Shown here: positions 36,887-46,082 of the stretch, one piece after another
How the letters are laid out: the number at the start of each line of letters is the position of its first letter
How positions within the stretch are numbered: the first letter of the stretch is position 1
DNA from: a virus
Lineage: Duplodnaviria > Caudoviricetes
DNA: 64,000 nucleotides
Reading direction: 5' to 3' (one strand)
Virus record (IMG/VR): IMGVR_UViG_3300033076_001181
Coordinates: 14,362-78,361 of that record
Program-made: the position numbers and the translations under genes
Notes under the pieces: model-generated
What the model was told of the DNA's origin: nothing
The model's database searches: none
Seen by the model: only the letters and a program-made list of their open reading frames with translations

Positions 36887-37837
36887 TTATAAATCATCCC
36901 AATCTGCTGTTGATTTTGAATAACTTGTTACTCGTCCAGCAAAGAAATCTTGATGTGTTTTACCTGATGTTAAATGACCAAACCACTCAATTTGTTTTAA
37001 CAAACCTGGGTCAATATCATTATATATTGCATTATAACCTAATTCTGCCATTTTCTCGTTAGCACGTGCTTTAATGAAATTCTTTAATTGACTAGTATTC
37101 AACCCATCAATATCTCCCATTTCAAATGCTTTATCAATAAAATCAAATTCTAATTGTACTGATAATTGACATGCTTCAGCTACTTTATTTCTTAATTCAG
37201 CTGTATTTAGTTCAGGTTGTTCTTCAAGTAGTGTTTTGAATAACCAACATCCTGCTTTAGAATGTAATGATTCATCTCTAACACTCCATTCAACAATTTG
37301 ACCTGTTCCTTTCATTAAGTTTCTCAATTGGAAACTCATTAATATAGCAAACGAACTAAACAAATTTACACCCTCAGTGAATGCTGAGAATATAGCTAAT
37401 GATAATGCTCTTTCCTCTATTGTTTCGCCTGGTGTTTCAACTAAGCGATCAATTTTAGCTTTTGATACTTCGTCCTCTAAGAATGCTTTAAAATTATCTA
37501 AACCTAATTCTTCATTTAAACGAGCATATGCCTCAGCATGTATTGATTCAAAATCAGCAAATACACGAGCCATTGCTTGTATTTCAGGCTTTGGAAACCA
37601 TACTGATACTTTAGTTGACCAATAATCGTTTACATGTACTTCTGTTTGAGCAAATGACTTTAATATGTTTCCAATTAAATTCTTTTCTGGCTCTGTTAAT
37701 TTTAATTTCCAATCGTTCAAATCTGAAGCGAGTGGAACTTCGTCTGCTAGCCAATGTGCTCTATGTTGATCTTTGTAAAAATCAAAAGCTGTTTGGTACT
37801 CAAACGGTTTATAGTAATTTCTAACGTCTGTAATCAT
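36887..37837 (-). CDS. nrdB: Class Ia ribonucleotide reductase beta subunit
   Basis: W..DEV, EVHV.DY, ESIHAEAY, EGV.LFSSF, RDESLH, DFF. Confidence 0.96.
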   Translation of the reverse strand: MITDVRNYYKPFEYQTAFDFYKDQHRAHWLADEVPLASDLNDWKLKLTEPEKNLIGNILKSFAQTEVHVNDYWSTKVSVWFPKPEIQAMARVFADFESIHAEAYARLNEELGLDNFKAFLEDEVSKAKIDRLVETPGETIEERALSLAIFSAFTEGVNLFSSFAILMSFQLRNLMKGTGQIVEWSVRDESLHSKAGCWLFKTLLEEQPELNTAELRNKVAEACQLSVQLEFDFIDKAFEMGDIDGLNTSQLKNFIKARANEKMAELGYNAIYNDIDPGLLKQIEWFGHLTSGKTHQDFFAGRVTSYSKSTADWDDL

Positions 37838-37852
37838 AATTGTAATATAATG

Positions 37853-39217
37853 TTAAGATTGTAATTCGAAGAACGCTTTTTGAAGAGTCTTTCGTTCTTG
37901 GACGTTTACGTCACTAAAGTCATTAACTGGTTTGGATGGGTTTTGTAATTCGTCATTTTCATCATAATCATCAAAGATTTCGAAATGACCTGTTGATGTA
38001 TCGACTTTGGCTCCAAATGTCATTCCATCACCACCATATCTGTTTTTCATGATGTGGAATCGGCCTGTACCAGCTACTTTGTCTTCTTTCTTACGAGATA
38101 ATGATATAGATATGTCTGTAATCATAATTTTGTCATAGCTGCCTGCGGCTTTGTCACCTTCAATAATATCGTCTTTAGCACCTGACCTATTAACTTGAGA
38201 CACACTCCAAATTGGAATTTTCATCTCACGAGCTAAGCCTTTTGTGCTCAAATAAATATCATCAATTTCTTCTTTCCTCTCAGAATTTGTTCTTTTAGAG
38301 CGAAGTAAGTCTACATAATCTATAATAATAAGATCTGGTTTGAAGTCTTGTTCAATACACTTTTTAATATGTGCCTCTAATGTAGACATTGATGCTTTAC
38401 CTGGTGAGTATTCCTTAATAATCAAATTGCCTGGTAAATCAACAATAGTGTCTTGTACTCTGTCTTTAAAATCTCGAATTGTATTTACAGGCACTCCTGT
38501 AAAACAAGCATCATATCTTAAACCAACATAATCTTCACCTAACTCTAATGTATAGTGAATAACATTAAAACCTAATTTAACAGCGTGTGCTCCTAAGGCA
38601 ATTAATGTCCATGATTTACCACCTCCAGGATTACCAAATATTAAACCAAAATCACCTGGTCCAATACCACCTTGAAATAGGTTATTAAATAGATCCCAAG
38701 GTGTAGGAATTGCTACACGATGTTCTTCTCTATATCGAGTTTCAATATCTTTAGTATATTCTAGACCAACATTTTTATCTTGACCTGCTTTTAGAGCGTT
38801 ATCAACTAAATGTCTAATAGAATCATAGTCACCTGCTTTTAACAGATCAACTGATGTTAATAATGCTTTCTTTAATTGTTGATTCTTACAGAAATTAGAA
38901 AATTCTTGTTCTACATAAGCCAAATCATCCTCTGATGCTGTATAAGCGTCTCGTAGTTGTTCCTTGATGGCAAGTTGTAAAACTTCATTTTCAATTTTTT
39001 TTACCTCAACTTTAAGAATATCCATACTAGGAACAGTATGATATTTCTCATAGTATTTAAGGATCTCATTTATAATCCATTTATGGGCTGAGTTATCAAA
39101 GTATTCATCACTTAAAACATCATGGATGTTGATTAAGAATTCTTTACGAGTAAGTAAAGAGGACAAAACTTTGATCTGGAAGTGTGTTCCATATTGAGCT
39201 AGTGTGCTTAATGTCAT
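37853..39217 (-). CDS. Replicative helicase (DnaB/gp41-like)
   Basis: GNPGGGKS, YTLEL, IIIDYVDL, VSQVNR, MKNRYG. Confidence 0.93.
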   Translation of the reverse strand: MTLSTLAQYGTHFQIKVLSSLLTRKEFLINIHDVLSDEYFDNSAHKWIINEILKYYEKYHTVPSMDILKVEVKKIENEVLQLAIKEQLRDAYTASEDDLAYVEQEFSNFCKNQQLKKALLTSVDLLKAGDYDSIRHLVDNALKAGQDKNVGLEYTKDIETRYREEHRVAIPTPWDLFNNLFQGGIGPGDFGLIFGNPGGGKSWTLIALGAHAVKLGFNVIHYTLELGEDYVGLRYDACFTGVPVNTIRDFKDRVQDTIVDLPGNLIIKEYSPGKASMSTLEAHIKKCIEQDFKPDLIIIDYVDLLRSKRTNSERKEEIDDIYLSTKGLAREMKIPIWSVSQVNRSGAKDDIIEGDKAAGSYDKIMITDISISLSRKKEDKVAGTGRFHIMKNRYGGDGMTFGAKVDTSTGHFEIFDDYDENDELQNPSKPVNDFSDVNVQERKTLQKAFFELQS

Positions 39218-39226
39218 AACTTTTAT

Positions 39227-40270
39227 TTATTTAAAACTACTTAATGTTCTGAATGTATCTCTAATCCAAAAATCTACATTTTTTAATGTGTGGCCTAAGC
39301 CATCTTCATGGTACATTTTTAAGAAATCAGAAGCGTTTAGTTTAGTTACAGTTTCTTCTGTTAACTGTTGTATCAACATCTTCTCATCCTCATCTACTAA
39401 CGGGCTACCTAAATCCATTATCTTAAAGTTCCTCTGTAACATCTCGTAATCAAATATTACTCTCGAGTAGATAATGTTTTCTTTATACTTCCCTTCACAA
39501 ATATTGTGCAGATCTTCTAAAGACATCTCTTTGTCTTGAAGTTCTGGAAAAAGTTTAAATAATTTTTTAGGTCCTAAACCTTTTAACCCAGGCACTTTAT
39601 CTGAATTATCTCCCATCAGTATCTTATACAAGATAAAATTCTGTGGAGGTAAGCCAAATTTTTCTTTTACTAGTTTAGGTGTGTAATACTCTTTAGCAAT
39701 TGGACTATAAACAGTAACATTGTCATTTACTAATTGTAGAAAATCTTTATCCGCAGAAACAATTGTAACATCCGAGTTATAGGAGGCCACTAAGTGTTGG
39801 GTTAAATGCGCTATAATATCATCTGCCTCGACTTTATCGAGTGATATGAGATGTACGGGTAAACACTTTAAATAATGTATTAAACGCGCTATTTGATTCA
39901 CCTTCGAGTCTTGTTCTTCATCTAAATCATCAAAGGCAGAATGATTTGTCATTCTAGCTAAATTTCGTCCTGATTTATATTCGGGGAGTAAGTTCTTCCT
40001 GTTTTGGGAAGAACCTATTCCATCGAATACTACATAAACTGAAGTGGGTTTAATATTGTTAATTAGGGCACCTAACGAGCGCAAGAATCCACCTAATCCA
40101 CCAACATGAACTCCACCTTGGTTTACGAAATTTAAAACCGCGAAATTTCTTAAGAACATGTTTAATCCATCAATAATGAGAACATTACTATGTTTATTAA
40201 ATGTTCCACCTTTAGGAGTATCATTTTGTTGGATATTATCCAATAATTTTAAAATTTCGCTATGCTTCAT
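39227..40270 (-). CDS. 5'-3' exonuclease/flap nuclease (T4 RNase H, PolI N-domain family)
   Basis: IIDGLN, VFDG, YKSGR, VEADD, SADKDF, GDNSDKVPG..G.GPK. Confidence 0.93.
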   Translation of the reverse strand: MKHSEILKLLDNIQQNDTPKGGTFNKHSNVLIIDGLNMFLRNFAVLNFVNQGGVHVGGLGGFLRSLGALINNIKPTSVYVVFDGIGSSQNRKNLLPEYKSGRNLARMTNHSAFDDLDEEQDSKVNQIARLIHYLKCLPVHLISLDKVEADDIIAHLTQHLVASYNSDVTIVSADKDFLQLVNDNVTVYSPIAKEYYTPKLVKEKFGLPPQNFILYKILMGDNSDKVPGLKGLGPKKLFKLFPELQDKEMSLEDLHNICEGKYKENIIYSRVIFDYEMLQRNFKIMDLGSPLVDEDEKMLIQQLTEETVTKLNASDFLKMYHEDGLGHTLKNVDFWIRDTFRTLSSFK

Positions 40271-41346
40271 TCTTCATCAATTAATGTGATTGCTTCTTTA
40301 CTTTCTTCCCACTCACTCATATCTTCAATTAAGCCAATGTCCTCAACACTACCTAAAATATGAACCCATTCGTTGGCATATTTTTTCTTGTAGTCGTTAA
40401 TTTCTTTCTCATTAATAAATCCATGAATTGTAGCGATAACTGTACTTTTTGTTTGTAATCCTGTAACGTGATTTTTATCTACTGATACTTTAGTACGGAC
40501 TGCAAATTCAACTTCCTTAGCGTTTTTAGTTGCTTTCATTTTACTTGTACCACTATTAGTAATATTACCAAATGTAATTACAATTGAAGCGTCTAAAAAC
40601 ATTGTTTCACCATTTTTCATTTTCATTTTAGGCTGAGACATAATTGTTTCAGCTGGTGCAACCCAAATCTTGTTAATTGCGACCATTGAATTTGTATATG
40701 GTGATGATTCTTTTCTTGATAATGGGAATCGTTGATTAATAAAATTACCAAATTGTTGTGACATTGCTCCCGCATTCCACATTGGATTATTTTTATTTGC
40801 TTCAACACTCATTTTACAAGGTATAGAACCAATTGAATCCCAAAAGAAACATAAATCATATGGTAAATTACCTTTACGTTGCTCATCTAACAAATCAGCA
40901 ATAAACTCAGCTACATCTTCAATTGTATTGAGTGAACCTCTGTCTGCGTATAGGAAGAAACCTTTATAATCTGTTACTTCTCCTGTTTCTTGATCTACAA
41001 TGTCTTCTACTTGGAAACCCATTTGTTTAGCATGTTCCCAAGACCATTTCATCTCTGTAATAATGAACACAGGCAAAATGCCCATTTTCTGGGCATTAAT
41101 TGCCAACTCAAGTAAAGCTGTTGTTTTACCGGTGTTACTGTGTCCTCTTAATAAGGTGATATGACCCATAGGTGCTCCTGGAATCGAAACCGAGTCCTGA
41201 AGTGCTTTCGAAAATGGGATCCACTTTTGTTCTTTAAATTTAACATTGCCTGTTAGCAACTTTTTTTCCTTGAACTTCTCTAAATTGAAGTTCGATTTCA
41301 TTTCAGCTGAAACAGCTGTTGTAAGTGAATCTTTTTTCTTGGCCAT
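40267..41346 (-). CDS. RecA/UvsX-like recombinase
   Basis: GHSNTGKT, ITE, WDSIG, INK; adjacent to SSB. Confidence 0.85.
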   Translation of the reverse strand: MAKKKDSLTTAVSAEMKSNFNLEKFKEKKLLTGNVKFKEQKWIPFSKALQDSVSIPGAPMGHITLLRGHSNTGKTTALLELAINAQKMGILPVFIITEMKWSWEHAKQMGFQVEDIVDQETGEVTDYKGFFLYADRGSLNTIEDVAEFIADLLDEQRKGNLPYDLCFFWDSIGSIPCKMSVEANKNNPMWNAGAMSQQFGNFINQRFPLSRKESSPYTNSMVAINKIWVAPAETIMSQPKMKMKNGETMFLDASIVITFGNITNSGTSKMKATKNAKEVEFAVRTKVSVDKNHVTGLQTKSTVIATIHGFINEKEINDYKKKYANEWVHILGSVEDIGLIEDMSEWEESKEAITLIDEE

Positions 41347-41359
41347 AACTTATTATTTA

Positions 41360-42220
41360 TTAGTTTTCATCTTCATCCTCAGCAAACAAAGCATCAAATT
41401 TATCTGCTTTAGTTGTTTTTGCTTTAGGTTGTAATGAATAGTTTTTCTTAGGTGCTGGTGCTTCTTCTTCCTCATCTTGTTCCCAAGGTAAATCACCTTT
41501 TGATACTGGTGTTTCTTCTACATCTGTATCTTCTGATTCATCTTCTTCAATATCTGGATTTAAGAATTTAGCTAGAATATTTTTAACTTCATCAAATGTT
41601 AATTGTTTTTGAAGTGCCAATACATCAGGTTGTTCAGTCAACCATGTTTTAATAGTTGCCTTATCAGCACCTAGTGGTGATGTTTTAGGTTTAATACGAA
41701 TTGATGATTTCAATCCTTGACGACCACCAATATCACCCATTACAGCTTCAACTGTAAAATCACGACCTTCATTGATGTCTGTGAAGTCTCCATAATCTTC
41801 ATCCTCAGCAATACCTAATAGCTGTAGATAAATTTCTTTACCAAATTCCCACAAACGAACACCTTTTTCTTCTTCACCACGAACAACTACAGGAACAAAT
41901 ACTCGCATTTTAGGATCTAACTTTTTAGCTAGTTTCCAATTTTCTTTGTCATTACTGTTACGAAGTTGTTTAGCGAACTCAACGATTGGATCTTTTTCAC
42001 CCCAATTGGTTAAAGCATATACTGGGAATCTTGATAATCCATAGTGTACATACACTTCTTGAAATGGATTGTCTTTGTTGATTGCTGAAGGTACAATTCG
42101 GATTTGATACTTACCTTCTGACTTTGGCTTCCAATAATACTTGGAATAGTCAATTTTTTCCTTTTTCTGTCCGGACGACTGTAGAGAATTCAATCTCTGT
42201 TTAATTGCATTAATGTCCAT
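41360..42220 (-). CDS. Single-stranded DNA-binding protein (gp32-like)
   Basis: YWKP..IRIVP..DPI..RVFVPVVVRG..LWEFGK..GRDF; acidic C-tail ending FAEDEDEN. Confidence 0.85.
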   Translation of the reverse strand: MDINAIKQRLNSLQSSGQKKEKIDYSKYYWKPKSEGKYQIRIVPSAINKDNPFQEVYVHYGLSRFPVYALTNWGEKDPIVEFAKQLRNSNDKENWKLAKKLDPKMRVFVPVVVRGEEEKGVRLWEFGKEIYLQLLGIAEDEDYGDFTDINEGRDFTVEAVMGDIGGRQGLKSSIRIKPKTSPLGADKATIKTWLTEQPDVLALQKQLTFDEVKNILAKFLNPDIEEDESEDTDVEETPVSKGDLPWEQDEEEEAPAPKKNYSLQPKAKTTKADKFDALFAEDEDEN

Positions 42221-42250
42221 AATTTAACTTGGTTTTATTTATTTGTTATT

Positions 42251-42280
42251 AATATACTACATTTTTCTTACAGGGCCAAA
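42251..42280 (-). promoter_or_regulatory. Class I promoter
   Basis: TTTGGC-N18-TATATT upstream of SSB. Confidence 0.75.
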
Positions 42281-42350
42281 TTATACTGCCTCTTTTTATT
42301 AGTAGTGTTTTTCCTTAACTTGTTCTAACCTAATGACACCGTTGTGTCTA

Positions 42351-42794
42351 TTATAGCTCTATAATCTTAAACACCTTGGTGTTTAATTGTTTTAACTCAT
42401 TATGTTGAGTTAATAAAATACTGTTTCTATAGTGTTGCCAATCTACTCTATAATTTATATCAACTACTCCTCTGTTTAATGATTTGATTAATTCATTTAG
42501 AGCGTTTATAGTATAAAGTGTATTGGTTTCTTTTTTACGATGAACTAAAATTGTGTTCTCAGGTATTTCATTAATATTACCTTGATCGACATTGTAAGTG
42601 ACAACATATTCGTTTGTGCTTTTTACAAATAACACAAACATTTTATTATACATGATAGTGTAAGACCTAGAAATATCTTCTACGAGAATGTCTAATCCAT
42701 CAACACTTGTAAATGTGCAAAATAACTTGTTGTTCAAATCTTTAATATTGTCAATATTCAGATCATACATATCATAATTTGGTTTAAAAGTCAT
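42351..42794 (-). CDS. Hypothetical protein
   Basis: 147-aa ORF overlapping the PolA-like gene end. Confidence 0.75.
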   Translation of the reverse strand: MTFKPNYDMYDLNIDNIKDLNNKLFCTFTSVDGLDILVEDISRSYTIMYNKMFVLFVKSTNEYVVTYNVDQGNINEIPENTILVHRKKETNTLYTINALNELIKSLNRGVVDINYRVDWQHYRNSILLTQHNELKQLNTKVFKIIEL

Positions 42795-44061
42795 AATTCC
42801 TCCCTCTGTTAATCTTTATCGCTAATTTAAATTCTTTAAATATATTTTTTATTTGTTCTAATTCTTGTTCCTCATCCTCATCCCAGTCTAACAAGAAGGA
42901 ATCATATGTGTATAATACTATTTTAGTATTTTTATTTGCTAATATTTTATGTATTTTAAGTAATATCTGAATGTTAGTAGATGTTTCTAGGTTTTGTAAG
43001 ATATAATTGAAAAGTTTCTGTGGATTCATATTCTCCAACTTATCCTTCTCAAATCTATAACCTGATATAGGAGCGTCAAGGTATCCTTGTTCTTGAAATA
43101 ACTTCCAGTTATTAGCAGTATATTCAGCTACTTTTTGGAAAAATTCTAGATGTTGATATTCTTTAAAAACACCCCCATTAAATTGTTTGAATGTTAACTC
43201 TTTTGCTGTCTTATAATCTACATTATATAAAGCAGCAAACTCAGAATGAATATCAGAGTTACTAAATTCATAACCCACCAATTGTCCAGCAAGGGTTGGA
43301 TGATATGCTGAGATATCAATTTCAATAAATTCATTGTTTGATGATATAAAGCTTGATCGAGAATGATTATCCTTCTTCAAAGCAGCGAAGTTAATGCTAT
43401 TAAATGCATTAGACGGTCTTCTCGTTGTAGTGTTAAGGTTATATTGAGTAAAAATTCGATCATTATAAATCGAATAACTTTCATTGTTTGGTTCATAATA
43501 CTTATAAAACTTATCTTTATTTATTTTAATACCATTTTTTTCTATACCAAAAAATGCTAAAGCTCCTTTATTATAGAATTTAACATAATCAGGTTTAGGT
43601 TCTAAAATTACTTGTTGTAATTTATTATAAATATTCTCACATACCTCATAATGCTTAGAAACAGGTATTATCTTGTTAATATCCTGCTTATTAGTATGTA
43701 ATCGATAGAATATATCAAATACAGGTTCAAGTGTTGTATCTACGTTTTTAAGCGATGATATATCAACTACTTTATTTAATTGAAAATAATATAAGAATGA
43801 TTTTTTATCTCTAACATATACTATGTCTGTATGTTGGAGTATTTTTTCTATATATGTTTTTCCGATAGACATAGTTTCACTATGATCTATACATAACATA
43901 TATCCTTTAGAGTCATAAGTTGGTCTTATATAGACTAAACATATATCATTTAAAGCAGGATGAATATGGTTATGATAAGGAATAACTTCAACAAAGACTT
44001 CTTTAAAATCTTCATTGACAAATTCTCTTAATTGTTCTTTAGTCTCTATTAGCCAAAACAT
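42784..44061 (-). CDS. Divergent family A DNA polymerase-like protein
   Basis: TTTRRPS, motif A DISAYHPTL, motif B KTAKELTFKQFNG, motif C YTYDSFL; 425 aa; no 5'-3' exonuclease domain. Confidence 0.75.
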   Translation of the reverse strand: MFWLIETKEQLREFVNEDFKEVFVEVIPYHNHIHPALNDICLVYIRPTYDSKGYMLCIDHSETMSIGKTYIEKILQHTDIVYVRDKKSFLYYFQLNKVVDISSLKNVDTTLEPVFDIFYRLHTNKQDINKIIPVSKHYEVCENIYNKLQQVILEPKPDYVKFYNKGALAFFGIEKNGIKINKDKFYKYYEPNNESYSIYNDRIFTQYNLNTTTRRPSNAFNSINFAALKKDNHSRSSFISSNNEFIEIDISAYHPTLAGQLVGYEFSNSDIHSEFAALYNVDYKTAKELTFKQFNGGVFKEYQHLEFFQKVAEYTANNWKLFQEQGYLDAPISGYRFEKDKLENMNPQKLFNYILQNLETSTNIQILLKIHKILANKNTKIVLYTYDSFLLDWDEDEEQELEQIKNIFKEFKLAIKINRGRNYDF

Positions 44062-44078
44062 AACCTTTATTTTCTAGT

Positions 44079-44107
44079 AATATAACTAAGCTTTTTAGTA
44101 AGCCAAG
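44079..44107 (-). promoter_or_regulatory. Class I promoter
   Basis: CTTGGC-N17-TATATT; marks the structural-to-replication boundary. Confidence 0.7.
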
Positions 44108-44401
44108 TTATACTTTTGAAAATGTAGAGGCGCTATTTATTGGATTAGCATTTTGAAGCATTTCAATAGAATAAGTATCTAAAGCATCTATTAATTGAGA
44201 ATAAGGATCTGTTATAGAGACATCATATGTTAAAGTATTTTTGTCTATGTTTCTATAACATATGTTTCCACTGTCTCCAATATTGATAATTAGTTCTAAT
44301 CCATCAGCATATACTAATTGGGGGACCATTGCTAATAATGGTGAATCGTAAATTAAATTTGTTTGTGGGTTTTGAAAATACCCTGTTACTTGTACTGCCA
44401 T
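44108..44401 (-). CDS. Hypothetical protein (possible fibre-associated)
   Basis: 97-aa ORF directly after the fibre genes. Confidence 0.6.
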   Translation of the reverse strand: MAVQVTGYFQNPQTNLIYDSPLLAMVPQLVYADGLELIINIGDSGNICYRNIDKNTLTYDVSITDPYSQLIDALDTYSIEMLQNANPINSASTFSKV

Positions 44402-44411
44402 AATTTTATTC

Positions 44412-46073
44412 TTAATAATCTACTTCTATATATATTTTAACTACTCCTAATTGTATTGCAGTTGCTGTTGTTAATGCTGCATTACTTGCTAATACGTTAG
44501 CTGTTAAACCCGTTCCAGCTGCGGGTACGTTAGTGGTAGTTGTTCCACTAAATTCGGTTCCAGTGTTTATATCTATAATTCTATATCCTATTGTCCCACT
44601 GTTAGGAGCATTAAATATAAAGATATCATATCCTTTGTTTGATGAGATAGTTAATCCAGTTGATACTTTTGTAGCAGATGTACCTCTTGTTAAGAATGAT
44701 ATAGCACCATTATCAGCTGCATCTACACAGAATCCAACTGTATTATTTAATGCTGATGGATCTGCTGATATGACTGTTGTTGCAGTTGCCATACCTGCAA
44801 AGAATCTTCCTCCGTTAGTCCAAACATCAAACCCACATCTAGTATAGAAGAAAAATCCACCTTGTCCTGTTGCTGCTCCTCTGAAGAAAATAGCATCCGC
44901 ATTTCTTTGTCCTAAAACTTGGTTTGTTGTTGTTACAACATTTGCATATCTTGCTCTTCTTATTGATTGATATATAGTACCTGTACCGTTAATGGTAGGG
45001 GAAGTTACACTTGAGAATGTACCAGCACCTGTTCCAGATGTGCCTTGCCAAACACCATTTGTAGCTGTTGTTTGAGTCCAAAGATATATATCATTTTGCC
45101 ATAGTGAAGATTGAAGCGCATAATCTAATCCACTAGGACCTTTTACTTTAGGAACAATTCTACTAGCTATATCTTTTGAATATAAAGCCATAACACCTGC
45201 CGCGGGGGTTGAGGGGTCAGTTTGTGCTATTAAATTTAAATTTCCATTAGCTGATATTTCAACATTGGCTGCTCCTGCAAATCCTCCTGCTCCATCATTA
45301 TATTGAACTTCATTAGCATTACCACCTGGGGTTCCTCCTCCACCTCCTCCAGTAGTAGTAATCACATTACCACTACTATCTACAGCTAATGTAGCTGCTG
45401 CTGTTCCTGGGAAAGCTCCAGAACCTGTATAGTTAGGTATTTGGATTTGACCAGTTTGTAAGTCAATTTGCATTTTAAATGCATCACTACCAGCATTTGT
45501 ACCTCTTAGTATTCTGAACTTGTTTTGGTAATTATCTATCATTGATGCTGAGGAGTATAGCCCTCCAGAAGCCATTAATAGAATTTGTCCTCCTTCTCCT
45601 ACTCCTCCGTTTGGTGGTAAACCTACTGTTAAAGTATTTTCACCTCCACCTAAACTTGAACTACCTACTGTTAAACTGTTTACTATTAAAACATCTTGGT
45701 TTAATGTATTAACATATGATGCTGTTGCTACAGACATTGAACTAGTTTGAGTGTTTGTTATAAAACTGCCTGTTTGGCTATTTAAAACAAAACTACTTGT
45801 AGCACTATTTAAGACATAGTTGGGTGCTAACGAAGCAGTAGCAGCGTACGATGCGCTTACTACAGAACCTAATAAGGTTTGTGCTGTACTAGCATACGAT
45901 GCTGTAGTAGCATATGATGCACTCACAACAGAACCTAATAAGGTTTGTGCTACAGAAGCATATGAAGCTGATACAGCGTTTGTAACAGAACCTGACACTG
46001 TAGCTGCGAATAGAGCATATGATGCTGTTTCAGCGTTTATATTTAATCCGTTTATTTGAGATATATTAGCCAT
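44412..46073 (-). CDS. Tail fibre/spike-like structural protein
   Basis: SASYA/TASYA repeats, Gly hinge GGGGGGTPGGN, beta-rich Thr/Gly C-terminal domain. Confidence 0.65.
   Translation of the reverse strand: MANISQINGLNINAETASYALFAATVSGSVTNAVSASYASVAQTLLGSVVSASYATTASYASTAQTLLGSVVSASYAATASLAPNYVLNSATSSFVLNSQTGSFITNTQTSSMSVATASYVNTLNQDVLIVNSLTVGSSSLGGGENTLTVGLPPNGGVGEGGQILLMASGGLYSSASMIDNYQNKFRILRGTNAGSDAFKMQIDLQTGQIQIPNYTGSGAFPGTAAATLAVDSSGNVITTTGGGGGGTPGGNANEVQYNDGAGGFAGAANVEISANGNLNLIAQTDPSTPAAGVMALYSKDIASRIVPKVKGPSGLDYALQSSLWQNDIYLWTQTTATNGVWQGTSGTGAGTFSSVTSPTINGTGTIYQSIRRARYANVVTTTNQVLGQRNADAIFFRGAATGQGGFFFYTRCGFDVWTNGGRFFAGMATATTVISADPSALNNTVGFCVDAADNGAISFLTRGTSATKVSTGLTISSNKGYDIFIFNAPNSGTIGYRIIDINTGTEFSGTTTTNVPAAGTGLTANVLASNAALTTATAIQLGVVKIYIEVDY
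45862..45951 (+). repeat. 66-bp-period coding repeat with identical 24-bp core ACAGAACCTAATAAGGTTTGTGCT
   Basis: Copies at 45862-45885 and 45928-45951; encodes AQTLLGSVVSASYA twice. Confidence 0.85.
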
Positions 46074-46082
46074 AAATTATTT

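Noticed and set aside
25168-39217. Inteins or group I introns in PolB, NrdA/B or helicase
   Set aside because: ORFs are uninterrupted and of normal or minimal length, with no intein splice motifs or LAGLIDADG inserts recognised
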